Shown here: positions 16,449-25,963 of the stretch, one piece after another
Layout: each line of letters starts with the position of its first letter
Position numbering within the stretch: the stretch's first letter is position 1
Origin: a virus
Lineage: Duplodnaviria; Caudoviricetes
DNA length: 53,375 nt
Direction: 5' to 3' (one strand)
IMG/VR virus record: IMGVR_UViG_3300048592_001369
Location: 1-53,375 of that record
Position numbers and translations under genes: made by a program
Notes under the pieces: generated by a model
Database searches by the model: none
Seen by the model: only the letters and a program-made list of their open reading frames with translations
Told to the model about the DNA's origin: nothing

Positions 16449-16964
16449 GTGAGGTTCACCGACGCGAACCGTGCTGCGCAGGCCTATCTGCGCCTCTGGG
16501 GGCGTGTCGCGTCGCCTGCGGCGCAGCGATTGACGGTGACAGCTGGCGAGAGGCCGGCTGACGAGTGCCCTCGATGCCATGGAGTGGATTCCTTCCTCTC
16601 GCGAGATCGGCGGACCGCAATGCCTCTCTTGCGCTGTCACCGATGCGGAACCCCGTGGCCTATCGAACTCGCCGAGGTGCCGCGGCAACGCATCGCGGGA
16701 GGCCGCGCGATCAGCTACGAAGCGGCGCTGCTCAACCTCGCGACCCTCGGCGCGATCTTTGGACGGCTCGGGATCTGGGAGAGGCGTGTTCTGCTGCTCG
16801 CGGCGGTGGGGGACCTCTCGCTCGCGGCGATCGTCGAGGAGTGCGCGCGCCGCTGGCCGTGGCGCACGCAGGCTTGGACGCTCTACCGCGTGCGCTCGGA
16901 CTTGCGCGATGCGCGGTCTCGGCTCGAAGATCTCCTGCGCAGGCGCGGCATGCTCGAGACGTGA
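16449..16964 (+). CDS. Late-gene regulator: Zn finger + sigma70 region-4-like HTH
   Basis: CPRC...CHRC; LGIWERRVLLL...LSLAAIV...VRSDLRDARSRL; Q-like position. Confidence 0.6.
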   Translation: MRFTDANRAAQAYLRLWGRVASPAAQRLTVTAGERPADECPRCHGVDSFLSRDRRTAMPLLRCHRCGTPWPIELAEVPRQRIAGGRAISYEAALLNLATLGAIFGRLGIWERRVLLLAAVGDLSLAAIVEECARRWPWRTQAWTLYRVRSDLRDARSRLEDLLRRRGMLET

Positions 16965-16977
16965 GTGGGGGGGGGCG

Positions 16978-17304
16978 ATGCGGGTTCGCTGGGAGGATCC
17001 GAAGGCGAGAGACGAGATCAGCCGCCGGGTCGCGACGGTAATCGGTGAGAGGCGCGACCTCGCGGGTTGGGCTCCAACCGAGAACGTCGCGCAGGCAGTG
17101 TCGGCGGCGCAGCAGATTGCACTTCGATGGGGAGCCTCCTTCCTGCTCGAACTCGGACGGGATAACTGGTGGCGCGCCGTCTTCGCGGTGGAGGAGGCAG
17201 GTGTCAGGGTTGCTGCTGGCGGCGCCACCCCGTGCCATGAGATCTGCGAGGCGATCCTGCGTCTGCACGAGACGCCGCTCGTGCCCAAGGAGCCCGAGGA
17301 GTGA
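16978..17304 (+). CDS. Hypothetical protein
   Basis: ATG after a G-rich RBS; fills the operon gap. Confidence 0.5.
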   Translation: MRVRWEDPKARDEISRRVATVIGERRDLAGWAPTENVAQAVSAAQQIALRWGASFLLELGRDNWWRAVFAVEEAGVRVAAGGATPCHEICEAILRLHETPLVPKEPEE

Positions 17305-17306
17305 CA

Positions 17307-17555
17307 ATGAGCGAGGCGCATGCGCCCCATGCGCGGAAGCGAGACATCCGCAGGCGGAAGGTGGAGGCGGTCATCATCGAGGGGCGAGACCTGTCCCCGA
17401 TCGAGGCCTCGGCCTTGCTCGGCGTGTCGGTTAAGACCGTGTACCGACTCCTCGACGCGGGGAAGCTCGAGTCGTACGCCATCGGTAGGCGGCTCATCCG
17501 CATCCGGCGCGAGAGCCTCGACGACTACCGGCGCGGTGGAAGACCGAGCAAGTAG
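17307..17555 (+). CDS. Excisionase-family HTH_17 DNA-binding protein
   Basis: LSPIEASALLGVSVKTVYRLLDAGKLESYAIGRRLIRIRRESL. Confidence 0.85.
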   Translation: MSEAHAPHARKRDIRRRKVEAVIIEGRDLSPIEASALLGVSVKTVYRLLDAGKLESYAIGRRLIRIRRESLDDYRRGGRPSK

Positions 17556-17560
17556 GAAAT

Positions 17561-17649
17561 GTCCACTCGTGGGGGCGCGAGTCCACTCCTGGGTGTTCCC
17601 GCGCGGCGTTGCTGTCCACTCCTGTCCACTCCTGGGTATTCCCGCGCGG
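17561..17649. repeat. GTCCACTCSTG x4, including a 26-bp near-perfect duplication, upstream of the late operon
   Basis: Copies at 17561, 17581, 17614, 17624; GTCCACTCCTGGGTRTTCCCGCGCGG at 17581 and 17624; TTGACG at 17660. Confidence 0.7.
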
Positions 17650-17710
17650 GCGCTACCAGTTGACGGCTCGAAGCGACTTCAGGTAGGACTCCCCACGATG
17701 GGGGACGCTC

Positions 17711-18277
17711 ATGCGAGTGTCGGTCGCCATCGAGGCGCAGCGGGTCCGGCGGGCGCTGGCGGGTCTTTCGCAAGCCACGTCGAACCGGGCGATCGTCCGC
17801 GCGCTCAACCGCGCGGTCAGGTCGACGCGGACGGAAGGGGCGCGCATCGCCGGTGGGAGCAAGGGCGAGCTGATGCTCCCGTACAAACGCGCGCTCCAAG
17901 CGTTCCAGGTGAAGAAGGTGACACCTGGCGGGCATCTCGCGCAAGCCGAGATCATCGTAGAACCGCGGCCACAGGAGATCTTCTTCTTCCAGGCACGGGC
18001 GACCCCTCGATACGGCGGGGTGACGTTCAAGATCAAGCGCGGTGGCCGGCGGAGCCTCGTGAAGGGCGCGTTCATCGCGACACTCGGCCCGAAGACGACC
18101 GTCTTCCGACGCGTTGGGTCGGCGCGGTTGCCGGTCCAAATGCTCTTCACCTCGAGCGTCTTGCAGCTCTTCAAGCGCGAGCAGCTGAGAGAGCGACTCA
18201 AGGCGGCGGCGGTGAAGGGGTTCACCCGCGAGGCCCAGCATCAGGTGCGCCGCGCACTCCAAGGCCAAGCGCCGTGA
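17711..18277 (+). CDS. Minor tail protein Z-like (tail completion)
   Basis: AIVRALNRA...GVTFKIKRGGRRSLVKGAFIA...VFRRVGSARLPV; very basic. Confidence 0.75.
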   Translation: MRVSVAIEAQRVRRALAGLSQATSNRAIVRALNRAVRSTRTEGARIAGGSKGELMLPYKRALQAFQVKKVTPGGHLAQAEIIVEPRPQEIFFFQARATPRYGGVTFKIKRGGRRSLVKGAFIATLGPKTTVFRRVGSARLPVQMLFTSSVLQLFKREQLRERLKAAAVKGFTREAQHQVRRALQGQAP

Positions 18278-18352
18278 CGGCACGGCGACGCATGCACGCG
18301 CTCAGAAAATCCGTGGTACGGCGGACAGTTAGCCTTAGGCCGCGGTGTGTCT

Positions 18353-18400
18353 GGGTCCTACCCACCACAATTCCCCGCGGGTGCCCATGGAGCGCAAGAA
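18353..18400 (+). other. Putative cos site (cosQ-like GGGTCCT followed by cosN-like segment)
   Basis: GGGTCCT at 18353-18359 equals lambda cosQ; CGCG-GGTGCCCATGGAG-CGC 16 nt later; just upstream of terS. Confidence 0.55.
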
Positions 18401-18447
18401 ACGCCTAGTTTCAGAGGGGCGTAGGGCTTCCGAAAGTCGGGGGCGGA

Positions 18448-19074
18448 ATGCCCACACACAAGGCCGACCTCTCCCGACTCTCCATCACGCAGATCGCGGA
18501 ACTGACGGGTCGCGCGAAAGAGACCGTCTCCCGGTTGCTGCGCGCGGCGGGAGTCTCGCCAGCAGACCAAGACGGCCGGACCCTCTACTTCGACCCCCGG
18601 GTCGCGTTGCCCGTGGTGTTCGAGGTCGGCCAAGGCCTGAGTCTCGACGCCGAGCGCGCGCGGCTCGCCAAGGAGCAGGCAGACGCGAAGGCGATGGAGA
18701 ACGCCGTCACGCGCGGCGAACTCCTCTCGCGGACCGAGCAGGAGGGGCTTCTCGTCGCGGTCGCAACCACGATTCGCGGCGCACTGCTCGCGTTTGAAGC
18801 GCGCCTCGCCCCGGCACTCGACGGCGCCGCGACGATCGCGCAGCGAGCTGTCGTGATCCGAGAGCACGTCCATGAAGCGCTTTCCGCACTGGCCGGACTG
18901 GGCGGCGTCGCTCACGGCGTTGGCGGCGCCGCAGAATCTCTCGACGGCATTGACGGCGTTGGCGGCGATGCGCCCGCCGCCGAAGAGGACAGCGAGCGAG
19001 TGGGCCGACGCCGAGCGCGTGCTCAGCCCCGAGGCCAGCGCCGAACGCGGCCCGTGGAGAACGAGCCGGGCTGA
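18448..19074 (+). CDS. terS: Terminase small subunit (Nu1-like)
   Basis: wHTH SITQIAELTG...TVSRLL; ERARLAKEQADAKAMENAVTRGELL. Confidence 0.85.
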   Translation: MPTHKADLSRLSITQIAELTGRAKETVSRLLRAAGVSPADQDGRTLYFDPRVALPVVFEVGQGLSLDAERARLAKEQADAKAMENAVTRGELLSRTEQEGLLVAVATTIRGALLAFEARLAPALDGAATIAQRAVVIREHVHEALSALAGLGGVAHGVGGAAESLDGIDGVGGDAPAAEEDSERVGRRRARAQPRGQRRTRPVENEPG

Positions 19075-20881
19075 GTATCTGCGCGAGTTCATGGATGCCA
19101 TCTCCGACCCAGAGATTCCCGAGGTGATTGGGATCTTCGCGTCGCAGATGGGCAAGACCGAGGCAGTGAACTGCTGCATCGGCCACAACATCACGGACGA
19201 TCCGGCTCCCACGCTGGTCGTTCACCCGACCGTGGACGCGGCGGAGACATGGTCGAAGGACCGGCTCGCCCCAATGCTGCGCGACACGCCATGCCTGCGC
19301 GGAAAGGTCCGCGATCCGAAGTCACGCGACAGCGGGAACACGATCCTTCACAAGGTCTTCGATGGCGGTCACCTGACGGCGGTGGGAGCGAACGCGCCAA
19401 TCGGGCTTTCGGCGCGGCCGATCCGCAGGGTCTACGGAGATGAGCTCGATCGCTTCCCGCAAAGTGCGGGTCCAGAAGGGGACCCTGCCGCGCTCGCGCG
19501 CCGGCGAACGGCGAAGTTCTGGAACCGGAAGATCGTCTGGACGACGTCGCCTGGAATCAAGGCGACGTCGAGGTCATGGAGGCTCTGGGAGAAGTCCGAC
19601 CAGCGGTACTACTTCGTCCCGTGCCCTGATTGCGGCCAAGAACAGACGCTCCGTTGGGAACGGGTGATCTGGGAGAAGAGCCCGGGCGGCGAGCACAGGC
19701 CGGAGACGGCGGTCTACGCCTGCGAGCAGTGCGGCTCCGCGTGGTCCGACGTCAAGCGCCGCGCGTCGGTGCGTTGGGGCAGATGGCGCGCGACGAAGCC
19801 CTTTCGTGGGATCGCAGGCTTTCGGATCAACTGCCTCTACGACCCGTTCGAGAGTCGCTCCCTCGCGGACTTCGTCCAGGAATGGCTCGACTGCCAGGGG
19901 GATCCACAGCTCCTCAAGGTCTTCGTCACCACTATGCTCGCCGAATGGTGGGAGGGCGACGATGGCGAGATCGCCGAGGAAGAAGCCCTCCTCGCTCGAA
20001 GGGAGGCATATCCGCACGACAGCGAGGGGCCCATGGTGCCGGCGGGGGCGGCGATCCTCACCGCGAGCGCCGACGTTCAGGACGATCGGATTGAAGTCAA
20101 GTGTGTGGGGTGGGGCCGCGGCCAGGAGTGCTGGGTCCTCGAGCGCCAGGTTCTATACGGCGACCCGTCGACGGACGCGGTCTGGGACGCGGTGGACGAG
20201 TTCTTTCTCCGGGAGCGGCGCAGTGCGGCGGGCTTCCCGCTCTTCGTTCGGGCATGGTGTCTCGATACCGGAGGACACCACACGCTCCAAGCGTATGCGT
20301 TCGTCCGCAAGCGCGGTCGTGCGCTCCGAACGATGCCCGATGGCACTCGGCAGATGGGCTTCGCGGTGCGCGGCGCCGGGGGGCCCGGCAAGGTGTGGCC
20401 CGACTCGGCAAGCACGAAGAACAAGGGCAAGGTCCCGCTCTACACGCTGCGGGTCGATGCCGCAAAGGACACGCTGGCCAAGCGCCTCGGCATCGAGGAG
20501 CCGAGCGCGGGTTTCATCCACTTCGGGCTCGATTTCGATCCGGAGTATTTCAAGGGGCTCACGGCCGAGCGGCCGATCACGAAGTACCGGCGCGGCTTCC
20601 CGTTTCGCGAGTGGATCAAGGTGCACGCGCGAAACGAGCCGTGGGACTTGCTCGTCTACGCCTACGCAGCGCTACTCGGTCTCATCGCGAAGGGCCTGCG
20701 GTTCGAGCACGAGGTCGAATCACACGCGGCACGGCTGGCGGCATCGAGCGCCCCAGGCGCAGCTCCGGTGAGGTCGAGGGTCCCCGCCGGTGCCGAGCCT
20801 CCGCCGGCAGCCGCGGCGCCTCCGTCTTCACCGGGAGCCTCATGGATGGGCCGACGCACACAGGGCTGGTGGCGGAGGTGA
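18872..20881 (+). CDS. terL: Terminase large subunit (GpA family); start uncertain
   Basis: SEWAD, SQMGKTE, YGDELDRFP, TSP, CPDCG, ADVQDDRIE, LDTGG, RNEPWDLLVYA. Confidence 0.95.
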   Translation: MKRFPHWPDWAASLTALAAPQNLSTALTALAAMRPPPKRTASEWADAERVLSPEASAERGPWRTSRAEYLREFMDAISDPEIPEVIGIFASQMGKTEAVNCCIGHNITDDPAPTLVVHPTVDAAETWSKDRLAPMLRDTPCLRGKVRDPKSRDSGNTILHKVFDGGHLTAVGANAPIGLSARPIRRVYGDELDRFPQSAGPEGDPAALARRRTAKFWNRKIVWTTSPGIKATSRSWRLWEKSDQRYYFVPCPDCGQEQTLRWERVIWEKSPGGEHRPETAVYACEQCGSAWSDVKRRASVRWGRWRATKPFRGIAGFRINCLYDPFESRSLADFVQEWLDCQGDPQLLKVFVTTMLAEWWEGDDGEIAEEEALLARREAYPHDSEGPMVPAGAAILTASADVQDDRIEVKCVGWGRGQECWVLERQVLYGDPSTDAVWDAVDEFFLRERRSAAGFPLFVRAWCLDTGGHHTLQAYAFVRKRGRALRTMPDGTRQMGFAVRGAGGPGKVWPDSASTKNKGKVPLYTLRVDAAKDTLAKRLGIEEPSAGFIHFGLDFDPEYFKGLTAERPITKYRRGFPFREWIKVHARNEPWDLLVYAYAALLGLIAKGLRFEHEVESHAARLAASSAPGAAPVRSRVPAGAEPPPAAAAPPSSPGASWMGRRTQGWWRR

Positions 20882-20884
20882 TCG

Positions 20885-21097
20885 ATGGCGGATGCCTCAA
20901 CTGTTCAGGGTGAGATCGAGGCACTGCGCGCAGCCTACGCGAAGGGGATCCGCCGCGTCTCATACCAGGGGAATACGGTCGAGTACACCGATGGCGCGGA
21001 CATGCTGCAGAGGATCCGCTACCTCGAGCGCCTCCTCGCCGAGCTCTTGTCGGCGCCGAAACCCCGGGTTGGCTATCTCCAGCACGGTCGCGGCTAG
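20885..21097 (+). CDS. Head-to-tail joining protein (gpW-like)
   Basis: ALRAAYAKGIRRVSYQGNTVEY; between terL and portal. Confidence 0.85.
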   Translation: MADASTVQGEIEALRAAYAKGIRRVSYQGNTVEYTDGADMLQRIRYLERLLAELLSAPKPRVGYLQHGRG

Positions 21098-21100
21098 GCC

Positions 21101-22615
21101 ATGAACTTCGTCGATCGCGTGATCGGATTCGTTGATCCGGCGCGCGGAGCGAGGCGTGCAGCCGCTCGCCTAACGATGGAACGGATGCGGCGCCTCCACA
21201 CTCACCTCGCGTACGAGGGCGCGAAGACGGGGCGGCGCACTGCGGGCTGGCGGGCGGTGGGAACCTCTGCGGATGCAGAGCTCCTCTCCGCACGCGATCT
21301 TCTCATCCATCGCTCACGCGAACAGGTCCAGAACAACCCGTACGCAGCGAAGGCACTCCGGGGGATCACGGCCGCGACGATCGGTACGGGGATCATCGGT
21401 CAGCCTCAGGACCGCTCAGTAAAGAAAGTCTTCGATCGCTGGGTCGAATATGCGGATGCGGACGGACATCTCGACTTCTACGGCCTCCAGAGTCTGTGCG
21501 CGCGGACGATCGTCGAGAGTGGAGCGATTCTCGTCCGGTTTCGGTGGCGGCGCGCCGACGATGGCCTCGAGGTGCCGCTTCAAATCCAGGCCCTCGAGCC
21601 GGATCACCTCGATTTCCAGAAGTCGGGGCGCACCGCCGCCGGGTACATCCGTGCCGGGATCGAATACGACCTGATCGGCCGTGTCGTCGCCTATTGGCTT
21701 TTTCCTGAACACCCTGGCGATTCCGGGCTCCCATCGGTACGCGACCGCTCGTTCGCGAGCAAGCGCGTACCGGCGTCCGAGGTTGTCTACGCCTTCGACA
21801 AGTGGCGCCCGGGGCAGACGCACGGGGTCCCTTGGTTTTCGCCGTCCCTGCTCAAGATGCGCGACCTTGACGACTACGACGACGCGGACATGGTCCGGAA
21901 GAAGGCCGAGGCATGCTTTGCTGCCTTCGTGCAGGCGCCGGAGGGAGCGGAGACCGCACCCGTCGCGCAGCTGATCACGGGTGCGAATGGCCAGCGGATC
22001 GAGGCCGTTGAACCCGGGATGGTGGCCTACCTCGCCCCTGGCGAAGAAGTGACGTTCTCCGACCCCAAGCCATCGCAGGGGTATGCGGAGTACGTGCGCG
22101 AAAAGCTCCACGCGATCGCGGCGGGCGTCGGCGTCCCGTACTCGCTCATGACCGGGGACCACTCTTCGGCGACCTACATGAATAAGCGCGCGGAGCGCCT
22201 CGAGTTCCGTTCCCTGGTCGAGGAGTACCGCTGGAAGACCCTCATCCCGATGGTCTTTACGCGCGTGTACCGCGAGTTCCTCGTCGGGGCCTTCGGTGCC
22301 GGGTTGATCCGGCGGATGGACGTACCGATCTCCTGGACGCCGCCGCGGTGGGAGTACGTCGATCCGTACAAGGATGCGCTCGCCGACCAGCTCGACGTGA
22401 GAAATGGCTTCGAGCTTTGGGAGGAGATCGTCCGGCGCCGCGGCAACGATCCCGAATCCCAGATCGAGGCGATCGCTCTGCACAACACGAGCCTCGATGA
22501 GAGGGACATCGTACTCGATACCGATCCGCGCCGGGTCACGAAGTCCGGCGCGGGGCAGTCGAGCGATCCATTGCAGACGCCGGCGGGCGAGCCGGCGAAG
22601 CCTGCTGGAGGGTAG
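21101..22615 (+). CDS. Portal protein, lambda family
   Basis: YEGAKTGRR, RSREQVQNNPYA, RPGQTHGVPWF, VDPYKD. Confidence 0.95.
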   Translation: MNFVDRVIGFVDPARGARRAAARLTMERMRRLHTHLAYEGAKTGRRTAGWRAVGTSADAELLSARDLLIHRSREQVQNNPYAAKALRGITAATIGTGIIGQPQDRSVKKVFDRWVEYADADGHLDFYGLQSLCARTIVESGAILVRFRWRRADDGLEVPLQIQALEPDHLDFQKSGRTAAGYIRAGIEYDLIGRVVAYWLFPEHPGDSGLPSVRDRSFASKRVPASEVVYAFDKWRPGQTHGVPWFSPSLLKMRDLDDYDDADMVRKKAEACFAAFVQAPEGAETAPVAQLITGANGQRIEAVEPGMVAYLAPGEEVTFSDPKPSQGYAEYVREKLHAIAAGVGVPYSLMTGDHSSATYMNKRAERLEFRSLVEEYRWKTLIPMVFTRVYREFLVGAFGAGLIRRMDVPISWTPPRWEYVDPYKDALADQLDVRNGFELWEEIVRRRGNDPESQIEAIALHNTSLDERDIVLDTDPRRVTKSGAGQSSDPLQTPAGEPAKPAGG

Positions 22616-24694
22616 ATGAAGGACCAGGGCTACGTGGAGATTCCGTCGACGATCCACCTGAGTGGTCAATTCGCGCCGGAGACGGCAGACCCCGAGGCTC
22701 GCACCATAGAGGTGATCTGGAGCACGGGGCAGCGGGTCGAGCGGTACGACTACTGGAACGACGAGCGCTGGTATCTCCAGCTCTCGCTCGACCCGGCGCA
22801 CGTCGACCTGCATCGACTCAACCACGGCGCCCCGGTCCTCGACAGCCATGCCCGGTACAGCATCAAGAACCAGATCGGTGTGAGTCTCAAGGCGAGTGTC
22901 GACGGACGGCTCGGTCGCGCGACGCTGATGTTCAGCAAGCGCCCCGACGTGGAACCGTACTGGCAGGACATTCTCGCTGGTGTGATTCGCAACATCTCGC
23001 CCGGCGTCGCCATCCGGAAGCTCGAGGACATCTCGGAGAGCGACGACAAGATCCCGACGCGGCTCGCGGTGCAGTACGAGGTCGTCGAGCTCTCGTTCCT
23101 ACCGGTGCAAGCGGATGCGGGCGCGCAGGTGCTCGCATCCGCAGATCGGCAGGTGCAGCGCGTGCGCTGCGAGATCGTGAAACCGAACGGCGCGGAACAC
23201 GCGCACAAGGAGAACGCCATGCAGAAGGGCGAAGAGACCGTTCGCGGCGGCAGTGGTGCGCCGGAGGACGCGACGCATCAGGCAGGAGGCGCGGAAGCTC
23301 TGGGACTCGAGGCGGGAGACGTCACCGCGGCGGGAGTGGCGGGTCGTGCAGCGGTCGTGCCGACGGGCACGGAGCTCGGGGACGACGAGCGGCGCGTGCT
23401 CCGCGTGGAGGGCGAGCGGACCGAGCGCAAGCGGCAGCGCGAGATCCGGGCGGCCGGCGCCGCGCTCGGGATCGACGCGCGGGTCGTGGATCACGCGATC
23501 GAGCAGGGGCTCGCGATCGAGCAGGTGCGCGAGCAGTTCATCAACCTCAAGGCGCAGCAGGGCAACCAGGTGAGCATCACGTCGCACGTGACGATGGGCG
23601 GGATGAACGAGGTCGACACCTTCCGATCGGCCGTGGAGCTCGCGGTGCTGAACCGGGCCGACCACGCCCGCTACCCGCTCACGGAGCCGGCCCGGCGGTT
23701 CATGGGGCTCTCGCTGCTCGAGATCGCGCGAGAGTGCCTCGAGATGCGCGGCATTCCGCATCGGGGCGTGTCGCGCGTGCGGGTGGCGGAGCTCGCGTTT
23801 CACACGTCGAGCGATTTCCCGGCCATCCTCGCGAACGTGGTGAACCGGTCCCTGCGGGCGGCCTACGAGGCGCAGGCCTCGGAATGGAAGAAGTTCTGCC
23901 GACAGCAGAACGCGACCGACTTCAAGGACCAGATGCGGGTGCAGCTGGGCGATGCGCCGGCCCTCAAGAAGGTGAACGAGCACGGAGAGTTCACGAGGGG
24001 CACGGTGAGCGAGGGGAAGGAGACCTATCGCATCGCGACCTACGGTCGCGTGCTCGGCCTCTCGCGGCAGTCCGTGATCAACGACGACCTCGGGGCGTTC
24101 ACGCGGATTCCGGGCCTGTTCGGAATCTCCGCCGCGAATCTCGAGGCGGACACCGTGTACGGGATCCTGATCGCGAACCCGGTGATGGCCGACGGAAGCG
24201 CAATCTTCCACGCGACGCACGGCAACCTCGCCGGTTCGGGCGCTGCGATCAGCGACATGACGCTCGGCGCGGCCCTCGCGGCGATGCGAAAGCAGAAGAG
24301 CCTCGACGGGCAGTACATCAACGTCGTTCCGAAGTGGCTGATCGTGCAGCCGGACCACGAGGGCGTCGCGAAGAAGTACACCACGCAGCTCGGTCCGACG
24401 GTCGTCGTCGCGGGGAAGGCGAGCGACGTGAACGCCTTCAACGTGCCGGGCATGGTCCCGGGCCTCGAGGTGATCGTGGAGCCGCGGCTCGTGGCGACAA
24501 CGACGGCCTGGTATCTCTCGGCCGACGCCGCGCAGATCGACACGGTCGAGTACGCCTACCTGGAGGGCCAGGAGGGCGTGTACACCGAGACGCGCATGGG
24601 CTTCGACGTCGACGGCATGGAGATCAAGGCCCGCCTCGATTTCGGCGCCAAGGCGCTCGACTTCCGGGGCCTCTACAAGAACCCCGGCGCCTAG
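22616..24694 (+). CDS. Prohead protease / major capsid protein fusion
   Basis: GAPVLDSH, IRNISPG, ELSFLPVQADAGAQ protease part; HTSSDFPAIL, TYGR, INDDLGAF, RLDFGAKALDFRGLYKNPGA capsid part. Confidence 0.93.
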   Translation: MKDQGYVEIPSTIHLSGQFAPETADPEARTIEVIWSTGQRVERYDYWNDERWYLQLSLDPAHVDLHRLNHGAPVLDSHARYSIKNQIGVSLKASVDGRLGRATLMFSKRPDVEPYWQDILAGVIRNISPGVAIRKLEDISESDDKIPTRLAVQYEVVELSFLPVQADAGAQVLASADRQVQRVRCEIVKPNGAEHAHKENAMQKGEETVRGGSGAPEDATHQAGGAEALGLEAGDVTAAGVAGRAAVVPTGTELGDDERRVLRVEGERTERKRQREIRAAGAALGIDARVVDHAIEQGLAIEQVREQFINLKAQQGNQVSITSHVTMGGMNEVDTFRSAVELAVLNRADHARYPLTEPARRFMGLSLLEIARECLEMRGIPHRGVSRVRVAELAFHTSSDFPAILANVVNRSLRAAYEAQASEWKKFCRQQNATDFKDQMRVQLGDAPALKKVNEHGEFTRGTVSEGKETYRIATYGRVLGLSRQSVINDDLGAFTRIPGLFGISAANLEADTVYGILIANPVMADGSAIFHATHGNLAGSGAAISDMTLGAALAAMRKQKSLDGQYINVVPKWLIVQPDHEGVAKKYTTQLGPTVVVAGKASDVNAFNVPGMVPGLEVIVEPRLVATTTAWYLSADAAQIDTVEYAYLEGQEGVYTETRMGFDVDGMEIKARLDFGAKALDFRGLYKNPGA

Positions 24695-24726
24695 TCCCTG
24701 ACGGCGGCGCGGGGCTCACCAACACC

Positions 24727-24758
24727 CAGAAGCGGCGCCGACGAGGGCGCCGCTTCTG
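24727..24758 (+). terminator. Perfect 13-bp hairpin after the capsid gene (attenuator/stabiliser)
   Basis: CAGAAGCGGCGCC-GACGAG-GGCGCCGCTTCTG; no clear U-tract. Confidence 0.55.
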
Positions 24759-24786
24759 ACTCGCCAGCACGCGAAGGAGAGAGACG

Positions 24787-25125
24787 ATGAAGACGTACGT
24801 TCAGCCCGGCAAGACGATCACTCACACCGTGGGCGCGGACATCACGGCCGGCACCGGGCTCCTGATCGGTGCCGCACTCTTCGGCGTCGCGACGGCCGAC
24901 GCGAAGAATGGAGAGGAGTGCGAGTTCCTGACCGAGGGGGTCGTCGAGATCGGGAAGACCTCTGCGCTCGCGATCACGAAGGGTGACGTCCTCTACTGGG
25001 ACGCCACGAACAAGGTCGTGAACAAGACCGCCGCGTCCCAGGCCCTCGTCGGAGTCGCGGTCGAAGCCGCCGCGAACCCGAGTGCGACGGTCAAGATGAA
25101 GCTTCGGCCCGTGACACCGGCCTAG
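24787..25125 (+). CDS. DUF2190 capsid cement/decoration protein
   Basis: MKTYVQPGKTI...FGVA...EGV...GDVLYWD. Confidence 0.88.
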   Translation: MKTYVQPGKTITHTVGADITAGTGLLIGAALFGVATADAKNGEECEFLTEGVVEIGKTSALAITKGDVLYWDATNKVVNKTAASQALVGVAVEAAANPSATVKMKLRPVTPA

Positions 25126-25175
25126 TCGCCAGACCGACCACGGCCGCGAGCACGACCAGGGGAACGGGGGGGACC

Positions 25176-25490
25176 GTGAGCATGCCGCCGTTCTCCTGGG
25201 TCTTCGCCGATGCCGCAGCGCCCTTTCTCGAGGACGCGCAGTACGCGGAGGCGGGCGCCGCACCCGTGGCGCTGCGCGGCGTCTTTCTCGAGACGCCCCA
25301 GATCGTCGCCGTGGGCGATGTCGAGGCCTTCGGTGTGCTCCCCGTGTTCGACGTGGCGGCGCAGGACCTGCCAGATCCCGCGCAGGGTGCCGTCGTCACA
25401 GTCCGAGGTCTTGCCTACCAGGTGCGACGGTGGGAGCCTACGGGGGGGAGCGGACTTCGCCTCACGCTCGAGCGGAAGGCGGGACCGTGA
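25176..25490 (+). CDS. Head-tail joining protein (FII-like)
   Basis: Position; GAVVTVRGLAYQVRRWEPTGG...LTL. Confidence 0.7.
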   Translation: MSMPPFSWVFADAAAPFLEDAQYAEAGAAPVALRGVFLETPQIVAVGDVEAFGVLPVFDVAAQDLPDPAQGAVVTVRGLAYQVRRWEPTGGSGLRLTLERKAGP

Positions 25491-25894
25491 CACCGCCGGC
25501 GGCGCGCGTGCTCTATCGGGCGATCGTCGAGTCGCTCGAGCGCCTTGGCTACCAGAGACTCAAGACGACGTGGTCATTTCGGGACGTGCCGGAGGGGGCC
25601 GCGGACCGCCTCTTTCAGGTGCTTCCCGGGGACGTCGAGGAGCAGAGCCGCTCGGCTCGAGGGATCTGTGTCTCGACGACCCGTCGGTTGCACGTCGCGG
25701 TGCTCTTCGGCGTCCTCCAGCACCCGAACATCATCGAGGAGCGGGTACTGCCGGAGGAGGAGCGCATCACGGACGCGCTGCTCGATCTTCGGGACGTGGA
25801 CGGAGTGCGTGTGACCTACGCGGACACCGACGAGCTTGGCGGCCGGATCGTGGCCGTGTTCGTGGTGACGAGTTCCTACGAGCGGCCGGCGTAG
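25487..25894 (+). CDS. Putative tail terminator
   Basis: Size and position before the tail tube gene. Confidence 0.5.
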   Translation: MTPPAARVLYRAIVESLERLGYQRLKTTWSFRDVPEGAADRLFQVLPGDVEEQSRSARGICVSTTRRLHVAVLFGVLQHPNIIEERVLPEEERITDALLDLRDVDGVRVTYADTDELGGRIVAVFVVTSSYERPA

Positions 25895-25963
25895 ACGGCC
25901 TCCTTCCCACCATCCGCAAGCCCCGATCGTGCGCTGGCGCGAACGATCGAAAGAGGGGTGCAC

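Noticed and set aside
17561-17649. Possible mini-CRISPR array
   Set aside because: Only two long copies, spacing too short and irregular, no cas genes.
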